Shown in pieces: positions 10,003 to 21,300 of a stretch of DNA of 64,000 nucleotides (positions are counted from its first letter, which is position 1; each line of letters starts with the position of its first letter). The notes beneath the pieces are model-generated. The model had not been told where the DNA came from. It saw nothing but the letters and a program-made list of their open reading frames with translations, and ran no database searches. Made by a program: the position numbers and the translations under genes. The DNA is from an uncultured Armatimonadetes bacterium (lineage in GTDB: Bacteria; Armatimonadota; UBA5829; DTJY01): the NCBI GenBank assembly GCA_963717145.1, contig OY970325.1, positions 2,176,001 to 2,240,000 on the forward strand, read 5' to 3'.

Positions 10003-11787
10003 CTATTTCGCGGTCGCCGGCGAGAGTTCGATCTTGTCGGCGGCGAGTTCGGCTGCTCTTTCGGTGGCGAGGGTTCGGCGCGCTGTCTCATCGAAGGGCT
10101 GCAATCGACCGCTCAGAGCCACATTCCGATGTGTGCCGTCCGGGAGCACGAGCGTGAACTTCAAGTTCGTCTCTGGATCGCCTGTTATCTCGAGCAGGAT
10201 CGTGCTCTTCAGCAGTCCCTCCTGCGTCTCCTTGATGCCCATGACTCCCGCCCAGTCTGCGAGCCGGCTGAACTGGTCCGCATCGAGCTTCGAGACAGGC
10301 AGGCCTTTCGGAGTCCGTGCTTCATCCTCCAGGATAGAGCCCAGCATCCGCACGAGCCTCGCCGTCCGCGGGAACAAACGGGCCTGCTGTGCCTGGGGGA
10401 TGAACCGGAACCCTCCCCAGAAGGTCTGCTGGTCCGGCAGGCACGCGATGTCGAGAAGGTCATCAAGCGTCAGCGCCCCGTTATCCGTGATGTGCTGCCA
10501 CAGAGACTCCTGGAACTTGGATGGCGGCTCATCCTGCAGCGGCTGGAGATACCACTTGTTGCACCTGAAGCGTAGGGTGCCCTTCTCCACCTGACAGGTG
10601 TAGCCCATCTTCAAGCAGAATTCCGGCACGAGCTTGTCGAGCCGTTCGTCTGTGCAGGCGGCCACCTCGGCCTCCTGGAAGTAGTAGTCGGCGACGACGT
10701 TGAGCTTCGCCTGCTCCGCTATCGCCGCGAGCGCGTCCTGGAGGAGGATCGCGCCGTAGTGGAGCACCTCGTGCTTCTTCTCGATGGTGATCTTGGCGTC
10801 CGGCACTGGATCGCCGATGACCTGTCCCGGAGGCGCCTCGGGCATGGTGAGCAGATCAGGCTCTCCTTCATCCCATGCCGGCCATCCGCACATCGCCCTC
10901 ATACCGCCGGTGCCGTCTTCTCTGGGGGGCACTGCCACCACGAGCATCACGTGCGGCGGAGTGAAGAGGGACATCCGCCACCGCTTTAGCTGCACGATCC
11001 CTGACTGCATCTGCTCGGCTGTCAACGGAGTGAACGTCGGGTCGCGATCGATATACTCGCAGTTGATGGCCTTGATGACGCCCGACCGCATCTCGGCGGA
11101 CATATCCTTGAAGTCCTGTGTCATCCCGGCATCGTTCAGGAAACCGCGGATTGTATCTCTGTCCATGAGCTTGATAAACTTCAGAAGCTCTGTCTTCCCG
11201 GGGCTCGCGCCCGTTCTGTAGAGTCGCTCATTGCTCTTACTCAGTCGTTCGAGCCCGGCATCGCTCTTGAGCGCCTCGGAGGCCTGGTCGATGCAGTCGA
11301 GAAGCGCTTCGACCTGCGCTGACTCCCTGGCATCCCGCACCTGATCCCTTCGCTTGGCGTGGACACGGTCCTCGAATAGCTCGTAAGTCCAAGCGTCCTT
11401 CCGCCCCTTGGTGAGCCAGTAATAGCCGAAGAGGCCCGATATCTCGACCATCACGTCGCGCAGGGGCTTGTCGTGGAAGAAGACGATCGGCCGCTCGCCG
11501 GAGAGCTCCTTCGCGACGACGACGCTCACTCCGGTCTGCTTGCGCACCTCGGCGAAGAGGTCCTTCATGTTCCTGCTCTTGACGGAGATGGTGACCTTCT
11601 TGTCCAGGCGCTTGTCCGAGAGGATTTCCGCCGGGATCTTCGGCTTCTTCTCATCGAACGGCGAGTAGATCTTAGGACTCGTCGACGCCGCTGCCTCATC
11701 CGCCGAGAGACACGCAATTGAGGTCACGAGAAACAGGCACAATGCGGCGGCGATGTACAGAGGGCTCGATGGTCCGCGAAAAGACAT
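10003..11787 (-). CDS. Exported hypothetical protein with secretin/TonB short N-terminal (STN)-like segments
   Basis: Signal peptide. RLDKKVTISVKS...DLFAEVRKQTGV and LQDALAAIAEQAKLNVVADYY resemble STN/N0 repeats. Confidence 0.6.
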   Translation of the reverse strand: MSFRGPSSPLYIAAALCLFLVTSIACLSADEAAASTSPKIYSPFDEKKPKIPAEILSDKRLDKKVTISVKSRNMKDLFAEVRKQTGVSVVVAKELSGERPIVFFHDKPLRDVMVEISGLFGYYWLTKGRKDAWTYELFEDRVHAKRRDQVRDARESAQVEALLDCIDQASEALKSDAGLERLSKSNERLYRTGASPGKTELLKFIKLMDRDTIRGFLNDAGMTQDFKDMSAEMRSGVIKAINCEYIDRDPTFTPLTAEQMQSGIVQLKRWRMSLFTPPHVMLVVAVPPREDGTGGMRAMCGWPAWDEGEPDLLTMPEAPPGQVIGDPVPDAKITIEKKHEVLHYGAILLQDALAAIAEQAKLNVVADYYFQEAEVAACTDERLDKLVPEFCLKMGYTCQVEKGTLRFRCNKWYLQPLQDEPPSKFQESLWQHITDNGALTLDDLLDIACLPDQQTFWGGFRFIPQAQQARLFPRTARLVRMLGSILEDEARTPKGLPVSKLDADQFSRLADWAGVMGIKETQEGLLKSTILLEITGDPETNLKFTLVLPDGTHRNVALSGRLQPFDETARRTLATERAAELAADKIELSPATAK

Positions 11788-11919
11788 GGATGGTTACCCC
11801 TTTCCTACCCGACATCAAGGCTGACTTCGAGTGAACGCATGCTTACCCGCCCATTATACACCGATCGGCGCAAATGCGACATGCCCGTGCAGTCGTCTCT
11901 TGCGGGCGCATTCGAGTTC

Positions 11920-12052
11920 AGTGGGTCAGCCTCTCGTTATGCCACCAGAGTGGCTACTCGAGGAGAACGGTTGTGGGCCATGGACTCACGGCAGCCCACA
12001 ACCGTTCTCCTCGAGTAGCCACTCTGGTGGCATAACGAGAGGCTGACCCACT
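11920..12052. repeat. Perfect 59-bp inverted repeat with 15-nt loop (MITE/REPIN-like)
   Basis: Arm 11920-11978 is the exact reverse complement of 11994-12052. Confidence 0.9.
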
Positions 12053-12083
12053 CTGCGGAAATGCACCCTTTCTTGCGCATGCG

Positions 12084-12112
12084 TTGACATCAGGCGCTCG
12101 GTGTGGTACCAT
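12084..12112 (+). promoter_or_regulatory. Sigma70-type promoter of tyrS
   Basis: TTGACA-N17-TACCAT with TG extension. Confidence 0.65.
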
Positions 12113-12163
12113 TCCTTCCGGTCTTCCCAGGTTATCTCAGCTTTCTCAAGGATGTGCAATCCA

Positions 12164-13396
12164 TTGGCTTCTCAACTATCGATCGAACAACAGATTGAGC
12201 TTATCAGGCGCGGGACTCTCGAGATCGTGCCCGAGGATGAACTTCGCGCGAAACTGAAGAAATCGCAGGCGTCGGGCAAGCCCCTCAAGCTCAAGCTCGG
12301 CCTCGATCCCACAGCGCCGGACATCCATATCGGCCACTCGGTCGTCCTTCGCAAGATGCGGCAGTTCCAGGACCTCGGACATGAAGTGACGGTCATCATC
12401 GGCGACTTCACGGCGCTGATCGGCGATCCATCGGGCCGCTCGGCAACTCGACCCGTCCTGACGCAGGAGGAGATCGCCGTCAACGCGAAGACCTACGCCG
12501 AGCAGTACTGCATGATCCTCGACCCCGAGAAGACGACCGTGCGGTTCAACAGCGAGTGGCTCGGTCCGCTCACCTTCGCCGACGTCATACGGATAAGCTC
12601 GAAGGTCACGGTCGCCCGCATGCTCGAGCGCGATGACTTCGAGACGCGCCTGGCGGAGGGACGACCGATCGGCGTTCACGAGTTGCTCTACCCGGTCGCG
12701 CAGGCGTATGACTCGGTTGCGCTCGAAGCCGACGTGGAGCTTGGCGGGCTCGATCAGAAGTTCAACATCCTTCAGGGACGCGATCTCCAGCGCGAGTTCG
12801 GACAGGAGCCGCAGGTCGCAATCTTCATGCCGATACTCGTGGGCCTCGACGGCGTGCAGAAGATGAGCAAGTCGCTCGGGAACTACGTAGGCGTCACCGA
12901 GCCGCCGAACGAGATGTTCGGGAAGCTGATGTCGATCCCCGACGCGGTAATGATCGACTACTTCACGCTGGTGACCGACGTGCCGATGTCCGAGGTCAAA
13001 GAGATCGAGGAGGGACTGAAGGCCGGCACGCTTCATCCCATGGACGTGAAGAAGCGGCTGGGTCGCGAGATCGTGACGATCTACCACAACGCGGAGGCGG
13101 CGTCCCAGGCGCAGGCCGAGTTCGAGCACGTCTTCAGCGACCGGGAGATCCCGACGGACATCCCTGAGATCGATATCCCTGAGGACGCGATCAAGGACGG
13201 CAAGGTCTGGGTCGTCAAGCTGCTCAGCATCGCCGGATTCGCTCCGACCAACAGTGAGGCGAGGCGACTCGTCCAGCAGGGCGCGGTCACACTCGATGGC
13301 GAAAAGATCAGTGATGCGAGCGCGGAGCTAGCGCTAGAGGACGGCCAGATCCTCAAGGTCGGGAAGCTCAAGTTCGGGAAGATCGTCCTGCCATAA
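12164..13396 (+). CDS. tyrS: Tyrosine-tRNA ligase
   Basis: [13 protein letters not shown] (HIGH), KMSKS, C-terminal S4 domain. Likely TTG start at 12164, downstream of the promoter. Confidence 0.97.
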   Translation: MASQLSIEQQIELIRRGTLEIVPEDELRAKLKKSQASGKPLKLKLGLDPTAPDIHIGHSVVLRKMRQFQDLGHEVTVIIGDFTALIGDPSGRSATRPVLTQEEIAVNAKTYAEQYCMILDPEKTTVRFNSEWLGPLTFADVIRISSKVTVARMLERDDFETRLAEGRPIGVHELLYPVAQAYDSVALEADVELGGLDQKFNILQGRDLQREFGQEPQVAIFMPILVGLDGVQKMSKSLGNYVGVTEPPNEMFGKLMSIPDAVMIDYFTLVTDVPMSEVKEIEEGLKAGTLHPMDVKKRLGREIVTIYHNAEAASQAQAEFEHVFSDREIPTDIPEIDIPEDAIKDGKVWVVKLLSIAGFAPTNSEARRLVQQGAVTLDGEKISDASAELALEDGQILKVGKLKFGKIVLP

Positions 13397-13413
13397 CCGA
13401 CTTTGGAGCAGTT

Positions 13414-13466
13414 TTGTGAATTCTTGCACTAAAGACTTGACGCCTTGTTTGGTCTTCCGATATAAT
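13414..13466 (+). promoter_or_regulatory. Rex-like (or CRP/FNR-like) box plus sigma70 promoter of the nuo operon
   Basis: TTGTGAA-ttct-TGCACTA (13414-13431), then TTGACG-N18-TATAAT (13437-13466). Confidence 0.55.
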
Positions 13467-13592
13467 GCATAGGTCAGCTCCGCTTACGGCGGGGCTGAAA
13501 ATTCGTGAAGCGCGGTCGGAAGATCGATGCTTCGGCAGCGGCACGTCGTTCTGCTACCGAAGCATCGGCCTTTCGGCTTTGGACTTTCGACT

Positions 13593-14648
13593 ATGACTTG
13601 GACTTTGACCAGCATCATCGAGAAAGTGTTCGAGTGGCTGCACATACCGCAGAGCCTCGTGCCGTTTGCGGTGATGCTCGTCGCATCTCTCGTGATCCTC
13701 GGCTTCATCCTTTTCACCGTCCTGTACCTCATCTATGGCCTGCGAAAGATCATGGGCTGGATCCAATCGCGGATCGGGCCGAACCGCGTGGGGCCATATG
13801 GACTCGCGCAGACGATCGCCGACGCGCTCAAGCTTCTCACCAAGCAGGACATCATCCCGGCATGCGTCGACAAGTGGGTGTTCGTCATCGCTCCGATAGT
13901 CGTGTTCGTCCCTGCCTACATGGTCTACCTCGTGATCCCATTCGGCAAGGGGGACGGCTGGATCGCGCAGGATCTGAACATCGGAGTCCTTTACATCGCG
14001 GCGGTCACCACGATCCCGATCCTCGGCATCATCATGGCGGGCTGGGCGTCGAACAACAAGTGGTCGCTGCTGGGCGCATATCGTGCGGCCGCTCAGGCGG
14101 TCAGTTACGAGGTGCCGCTCGTGCTGGCGATGGTCCCGCCGGTGATGCTGGCAGGATCGCTCAGCATGCAGGGAATCGTCGGCGCGCAGGCGGGGACGTT
14201 TTTCCACGTGATACCGAAGTGGTTCATCGTGAGCCAGATCGTCGGGTTCGCGGTATATATGGCGGCGGCATTGGCAGAGGCGAACCTCGTCCCGTTCGAT
14301 ATCATGGAAGCCGAGTCGGAACTCGTCGCGGGGTTCAACACTGAGTACAGCGGCATGAAGTTCGCGTTCTTCTTCCTGGCGGAGTTCGCCGGGACGTTCA
14401 CGATCGCGGCAATCGCGACAACGCTCTTCCTCGGCGGTTGGCTTCCGATCCATCCGGCGCTGTCGTTCATCCCGCCGGTGCTGTGGTTCTTCGGTAAGGC
14501 GGCGTTCCTCGTGTTCGTCCTGATGTGGATTCGATCGACACTGCCAAGAGTGCGCGTCGATCAGATGATGAGTTTCGGCTGGAAGGTGCTGATTCCAATC
14601 GCGCTGCTGAACATAGTCTGGACCGGCGCGGTTGTCTTGCTTTCCTAA
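13593..14648 (+). CDS. nuoH: NADH-quinone oxidoreductase subunit H
   Basis: RIGPNRVGPYG...ADALKLLTK, EAESELVAGF. Exact start uncertain. Confidence 0.96.
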   Translation: MTWTLTSIIEKVFEWLHIPQSLVPFAVMLVASLVILGFILFTVLYLIYGLRKIMGWIQSRIGPNRVGPYGLAQTIADALKLLTKQDIIPACVDKWVFVIAPIVVFVPAYMVYLVIPFGKGDGWIAQDLNIGVLYIAAVTTIPILGIIMAGWASNNKWSLLGAYRAAAQAVSYEVPLVLAMVPPVMLAGSLSMQGIVGAQAGTFFHVIPKWFIVSQIVGFAVYMAAALAEANLVPFDIMEAESELVAGFNTEYSGMKFAFFFLAEFAGTFTIAAIATTLFLGGWLPIHPALSFIPPVLWFFGKAAFLVFVLMWIRSTLPRVRVDQMMSFGWKVLIPIALLNIVWTGAVVLLS

Positions 14649-14662
14649 CTTCGAGTGTGAGT

Positions 14663-15181
14663 ATGAGCAATCCGAAAACGATACCTGAATACGTCAAAGA
14701 GGGCTGGTACACGATCACCAGCATCTGGAAGGGACATGTCGTCACCCTCATCAACCTCTTCCGCAAGAAGGTCACGCTCCAGTATCCCGAGGTCAAGTGG
14801 GACCTCCCCGAGGGGTACCGCGGGCTGATCACACTGCCTTTGGACTGCAAGACCGGGCAGGACAAGTGCATCGGCTGCATGGCGTGCGTCAAGGCCTGCC
14901 CGACTCAGGTGATCGACATCGAGACCCATCAGGGCGAGGACAAGAAGCGGGTCGTGGACAAGTGGAACGCGGATATCGGCAAGTGCATGTTCTGTAAGCT
15001 CTGCGTGGAGGCCTGCCCGACCAAGGCAATCGTCATGGGCAAGGAATTCGAGCTGGCTTCCTTCTCGAAGGACGATCTGATCTACGACCGAAAGAAGCTG
15101 AACAAACTCGGCGGATGCTTCCCCGAAGAGCCCGAGACGCCCGAGGAAGAGCCGGTCGCAGCCACGAAGGAGGGCGAATAG
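14663..15181 (+). CDS. nuoI: NADH-quinone oxidoreductase subunit I
   Basis: Two CxxCxxCxxxCP 4Fe-4S motifs, VTLQYPE. Confidence 0.95.
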   Translation: MSNPKTIPEYVKEGWYTITSIWKGHVVTLINLFRKKVTLQYPEVKWDLPEGYRGLITLPLDCKTGQDKCIGCMACVKACPTQVIDIETHQGEDKKRVVDKWNADIGKCMFCKLCVEACPTKAIVMGKEFELASFSKDDLIYDRKKLNKLGGCFPEEPETPEEEPVAATKEGE

Positions 15182-15697
15182 ATGCCCCCGACCATCGAAC
15201 AGATCGGATTCGGCATAATGGCGCTGATCGTCATCGGATCGGCGCTCGCGGTGGTCACCCTGCGCAACATCTTCCACTCGGCGCTTTTTCTCGCGCTGGC
15301 GTTCCTGGGGATCGCGGGGATCTACCTGTTTCTTGCAGCCGATTTCATCGCAGTCGCGCAGGTGCTGATCTACGTGGGCGCGATCATGATACTCATCATG
15401 TTCGCCCTGATGCTGACTCACCGCGTGATGACGACCGACCTCCGTCAGACACTGGGAAACTGGTTCATGGGGCTGGCGGTCTCCTCATGGATCCTGGTCA
15501 TTCTGTTCCGGCTGTTCGTTTTGCATCCCTGGGGCATGCAGACGCTCCCCAGCAAGGCGCCGACGACCGCCATCATCGGCATGGAGCTTCTCACGAAGTA
15601 TGTGCTGCCATTCGAGCTTGCGTCCATCGTGCTCCTGGTGGCGATGGTAGGCGCGATCATCCTGGCAAAGGAGGACAAGCCCGATGATTCCGCTTGA
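15182..15697 (+). CDS. nuoJ: NADH-quinone oxidoreductase subunit J
   Basis: QVLIYVGAIMIL, YVLPFELAS. Confidence 0.95.
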   Translation: MPPTIEQIGFGIMALIVIGSALAVVTLRNIFHSALFLALAFLGIAGIYLFLAADFIAVAQVLIYVGAIMILIMFALMLTHRVMTTDLRQTLGNWFMGLAVSSWILVILFRLFVLHPWGMQTLPSKAPTTAIIGMELLTKYVLPFELASIVLLVAMVGAIILAKEDKPDDSA

Positions 15698-15992
15698 ATG
15701 GTATCTCGGACTCAGCGCAGTCCTCTTCTGCATCGGGCTGTACGGCGTCCTGAGCCGGAGGAACGCGATCAGCATCCTGATGGGCATCGAATTGATGCTG
15801 AACGCCTCGAACATCAACCTCGTGGCGTTCGGGCGATTCCTCCAGCCACAGGTGCTCTCGGGGCACATTTTCACAGTTTTCGTCATCACGATAGCCGCCG
15901 CTGAAGCAGCGGTCGGCCTTGCGATCGTGATCTCGGTCTACCGAAACTCGTCGCAGATCAACGTCGACGAGGTCAATACGATGAAGTGGTAG
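15684..15992 (+). CDS. nuoK: NADH-quinone oxidoreductase subunit K
   Basis: IELMLNA, IAAAEAAVGLAI. Confidence 0.95.
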   Translation: MIPLEWYLGLSAVLFCIGLYGVLSRRNAISILMGIELMLNASNINLVAFGRFLQPQVLSGHIFTVFVITIAAAEAAVGLAIVISVYRNSSQINVDEVNTMKW

Positions 15993-16003
15993 CGGGGAAA
16001 ACA

Positions 16004-16062
16004 GGTGATCGGTGATCGGTCCTGGGTTTCACTGATAACTGACTACTGATAACTGATTACTG
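16004..16062. repeat. Short tandem heptamer repeats (ggtgatc / actgata)
   Basis: ggtgatcggtgatcgg and actgataactgactactgataactgattactg. Related tract at 18191-18215. Confidence 0.7.
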
Positions 16063-16072
16063 GATTGAACGC

Positions 16073-18070
16073 ATGGAAAGCATCCTTAACCTAACCTGGC
16101 TGATACCGATCCTGCCGCTCGCGGCGTTCGGGCTGATTCTGCTGACCGGCAGACGCGGCCCGGGCAAGGGCGCATACATCGCCATCGCGGGGATAGCGGC
16201 GTCGTTCGTCCTGGCGCTCATCATCTCGACGGTGACGGTCAAGCACGCGTTCCTCAGCCACGAATTCGAGCCGTTCACCAGGAGCGCGCTCTGGGTCACG
16301 CTCGGGGACTTGCCGATCAGGATGGGCTTCATGGTCGATCAACTCACCGCCATGATGCTCGTCGTCGTGACCCTCGTCGCGATGCTCGTGCAGATCTACT
16401 CGATCGGTTACATGCACGGCGACCAGCGATATCCGAGGTTCTTCGGCTACCTCTCGCTCTTCAGCGCGGCGATGCTCGGGCTCGTGATCGCGGACAACCT
16501 GCTGCTGTTCTTCGTCTGCTGGGAGTTGGTCGGCCTGACATCCTATCTGCTGATCGGATTCTGGTTCGAGCGGCCCTCCGCGATGCGAGCGGCGAAGAAG
16601 GCATTCATCGTCACCCGAGTCGGCGACGTCGGGCTGTTCCTTGGCATCATCCTGCTCTACAGCCGGACCGGGAGCATCAACTTCCACGACGTGTTCGCGC
16701 AGATACCGAACCTTCTGAACGCGACCTTGAGCATCGGCACACTCTCGATCCCGATTCTCCCGCTCGCGGGACTGCTCCTCTTCGCGGGCGCAGTCGGAAA
16801 GTCGGCGCAGTTCCCGCTCCACGTCTGGCTGCCGGACGCAATGGAAGGCCCCACCCCGGTCAGCGCATTGATCCATGCGGCGACGATGGTTGCGGCGGGC
16901 GTATATCTGGTCGGCAGGACCTATCCCGTCTTCGCCTACCAGGAGCATTCGGTTACGCTGATGGTCGTTGCGATCATCGGGGCGATCACGGCGCTGATGG
17001 CGGCGACAATTGCGACGGTCGTGAACGACATCAAGCGCGTGCTGGCCTACTCGACGATCAGCCAGCTCGGATACATGATTATGGCGCTCGGCCTCGGACC
17101 GATCGGCTACACCGCGGGCCTCTTCCACCTGATGACCCACGCGTTCTTCAAGGCGAATCTCTTCCTCGGCTCGGGGAGCGTGATCCATGGCACCGGAACG
17201 CAGGACATGCGCGAGATGGGCGGCCTGGCGAAGAAGATGCCGCGGACCTACTGGACGTTCCTGATCGGCACTGCCGCGCTCGCAGGCGTTCCCGGATTCG
17301 CGGGATTCTTCAGCAAGGACGAGATCCTGCTCGGGGCATGGCATGCCAACACGTGGCTCTTCGCCGTGGGACTCACCGCCGCGTTCCTGACGGCATTCTA
17401 CATGACCCGCTTGATGGCCCTGACGTTCTGGGGCGAGCCTCGGACCCACGAGATCCACGCGCACGAGAGCCCTCACGTGATGACCACGCCGCTGATCGTG
17501 CTGGCGTTCCTGTCCATCGTCGCCGGATGGGTCGGCTTCCCGGGACGCAATCTGTTCCATCACTTCATCCACTTCGGCGAGGTCGAGGCAGAGGGCATCA
17601 ACTGGCTGGTGATGTCGATGGCGACCGGATCGGCCTTCGCGGGCATCTTCCTGGGATGGCTGGTCTTCGTCAAGAAGGCCATTCCGTCGTCGATCTTCCG
17701 GCAGAAACTGGCATGGGCGCACACCCTGCTGTCGAACAAGTACTACTTCGATGAGATCTACTGGGCGATCCTGGTCGTGCCGATGTTCTTCGTATCCAAC
17801 ATGCTCTCTCTGTTCGACCAGAAGATCGTCGACGGCCTGGTGAACGGCGTCGGGTACGTGACGGTGGGGCTCTCGATCGTTTGGGCCTGGTTCGACAAGT
17901 GGGTCGTCGACGGCCTGGTGAACCTGATCGGCGGCGTGACGAAGCTGACGGGCCGCGTCCTGAGATACAGCCAGACCGGCATCGCGCAGAACTATGTCAT
18001 GGTCTCGGCGGTCGGCCTGTTCGGCATCCTGGTGGTTTTCCTGTTCTTGTACGACATGTTCGCCGGCTAG
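16073..18070 (+). CDS. nuoL: NADH-quinone oxidoreductase subunit L
   Basis: GKSAQFPLHVWLPDAMEGPTPVSALIHAATMV. Confidence 0.97.
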   Translation: MESILNLTWLIPILPLAAFGLILLTGRRGPGKGAYIAIAGIAASFVLALIISTVTVKHAFLSHEFEPFTRSALWVTLGDLPIRMGFMVDQLTAMMLVVVTLVAMLVQIYSIGYMHGDQRYPRFFGYLSLFSAAMLGLVIADNLLLFFVCWELVGLTSYLLIGFWFERPSAMRAAKKAFIVTRVGDVGLFLGIILLYSRTGSINFHDVFAQIPNLLNATLSIGTLSIPILPLAGLLLFAGAVGKSAQFPLHVWLPDAMEGPTPVSALIHAATMVAAGVYLVGRTYPVFAYQEHSVTLMVVAIIGAITALMAATIATVVNDIKRVLAYSTISQLGYMIMALGLGPIGYTAGLFHLMTHAFFKANLFLGSGSVIHGTGTQDMREMGGLAKKMPRTYWTFLIGTAALAGVPGFAGFFSKDEILLGAWHANTWLFAVGLTAAFLTAFYMTRLMALTFWGEPRTHEIHAHESPHVMTTPLIVLAFLSIVAGWVGFPGRNLFHHFIHFGEVEAEGINWLVMSMATGSAFAGIFLGWLVFVKKAIPSSIFRQKLAWAHTLLSNKYYFDEIYWAILVVPMFFVSNMLSLFDQKIVDGLVNGVGYVTVGLSIVWAWFDKWVVDGLVNLIGGVTKLTGRVLRYSQTGIAQNYVMVSAVGLFGILVVFLFLYDMFAG

Positions 18071-18098
18071 ACCTTAGACTCTGGACTTTCGGCGCACC

Positions 18099-18186
18099 AG
18101 GTCACCGGAGTACAACTCCGGTGACAACACAGCGCGAGGTTGACAACAAAAAGTGGCGTTGTCACCGGAGTTGTACTCCAGTGACC
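18099..18186. repeat. REPIN-like doublet of two inverted palindromic units
   Basis: ggtcaccggagtacaactccggtgacaac ... gttgtcaccggagttgtactccagtgacc, one mismatch. Confidence 0.8.
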
Positions 18187-18215
18187 CGCCACTGATAACT
18201 GAGGACTGATGACTC

Positions 18216-19728
<1,513 letters not shown>

Positions 19729-19732
19729 TGTC

Positions 19733-21220
19733 GTGAACTTCGATCTCTTCAGCATATCCCCGGAGTTGATACTCGCGCTAGGCGGGATACTGGTCCTCGT
19801 AGTCGGGCTGTTCGGACGGAACCGCAGGCCGGGACCGGTCGGCATTTTCTCGCCTGAGACGATCAGCCTCGCGGTTCTGATCGCCGCGCTCGTGCCTTCG
19901 GTCATGCTGATGGTCAGAGTGCTCTCCGGCCAGCGTCCGGAAGCATACCAGTTCGGCGGGCTGTTCGCGGTCGACGGCCTGGCGCTCTTCTTCAAGCCGA
20001 TCGCCATCATCTCGACGGGGATCGTCATTCTGCTCGCGATCGACTATTTCAAGCGCATCGACTTCCATCGCGGGGAGTTCTACGCGCTCCTCGTTTTCGC
20101 GACCCTGGCGATCACGTCGCTCGCGGCCTCGACCGACCTGATCATGATCTACCTGTCGCTCGAGTTCCTGAGCCTGACGTCGTACATCCTGGTCGGATAC
20201 CTCAAGCGCGACCCGAAGTCGAGCGAGGCGGCGATCAAGTACTTCCTCTTTGGCGCGGTATCGGCGGCGGTGATGCTCTACGGCATGTCGATCCTCTACG
20301 GGCTGACGGGCGGCACGAGCATATCGGGCATCACGTCGGCATTCAGGGGAGCGCATGTGCCATATCCCCTGCTCTTCCTGGCGACGGCCTTCGTGATTGT
20401 GGGATTCGGCTTCAAGACCGCGATGGTCCCGTTCCATCAGTGGGCGCCGGACGCGTATGAGGGGGCGCCGACACCGATCACAGCGTTCCTCTCGGTCGGA
20501 TCGAAGGCCGCGGGATTCGCGGTGCTCCTCCGCATCCTCGCGACGGGGCTCGCGCCGGACATCATCAACTGGACGCCGATGATCATCGGCTTGTGCGCGA
20601 TCACAATGACGGTCGGCAACCTGATCGCCATTCCGCAAACGAACATCAAGAGGATGCTTGCATATTCGAGCATCGCACAGGCCGGCTACCTGCTCCTCGG
20701 TATCGCCGCGATGCCCTACAGCCCTCTGGCGGTGACCTCCGTGCTGCTCTATGTGCTGGCGTACCTGTTCATGAACCTGGGCGCATTCGCGGTGGTGACA
20801 ATGCTGTCGGCAAGACTGGGTTCAGACCAGATTGACGATTTTGCCGGGCTCATCAAGCGCGCGCCGGTCGCCGCGGTCTGCATGGCGGTGTTCATGCTCT
20901 CGCTGGCGGGGATTCCGCCGACCGCCGGATTCATCGGGAAGCTTTACCTGTTCCTGGCCCTGTTGCAGGCGAACAACACCGCTCTGCTCTGGCTGGCGGC
21001 GATCGCGGGCGTGAACACGATCATCGCGGTCTACTACTATTTCAACGTCGTGCGCGTGATGTTCTTCGTGAGGGCTGAGGATGAGACACCCCTGAGATCA
21101 TCCCCATCGATCAGCTTCGTGCTCGCACTGACGACGGCGGTGACATTCATCGTCCTTTTCTACCCCCAGCCCTTCATCAAGTTGGCGCAGCTGTCGGCCA
21201 GCATGCTGACCGGAATGTAG
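19733..21220 (+). CDS. nuoN: NADH-quinone oxidoreductase subunit N
   Basis: FKTAMVPFHQWAPDAYEGAPTP, NIKRMLAYSSIAQAGY. Confidence 0.96.
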   Translation: MNFDLFSISPELILALGGILVLVVGLFGRNRRPGPVGIFSPETISLAVLIAALVPSVMLMVRVLSGQRPEAYQFGGLFAVDGLALFFKPIAIISTGIVILLAIDYFKRIDFHRGEFYALLVFATLAITSLAASTDLIMIYLSLEFLSLTSYILVGYLKRDPKSSEAAIKYFLFGAVSAAVMLYGMSILYGLTGGTSISGITSAFRGAHVPYPLLFLATAFVIVGFGFKTAMVPFHQWAPDAYEGAPTPITAFLSVGSKAAGFAVLLRILATGLAPDIINWTPMIIGLCAITMTVGNLIAIPQTNIKRMLAYSSIAQAGYLLLGIAAMPYSPLAVTSVLLYVLAYLFMNLGAFAVVTMLSARLGSDQIDDFAGLIKRAPVAAVCMAVFMLSLAGIPPTAGFIGKLYLFLALLQANNTALLWLAAIAGVNTIIAVYYYFNVVRVMFFVRAEDETPLRSSPSISFVLALTTAVTFIVLFYPQPFIKLAQLSASMLTGM

Positions 21221-21224
21221 ATCG

Positions 21225-21284
21225 AGTATGGGGGTATGGGAGTGTGGGAGTACTCAGAACGTCCATACTCCCACACTCCCATAC
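21225..21284. repeat. Inverted short tandem octamer repeats (gtatggga / tcccatac)
   Basis: gagtatgggggtatgggagtgtgggagta ... ccatactcccacactcccatac. Confidence 0.75.
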
Positions 21285-21300
21285 GGCTTGGACTTCCGTC

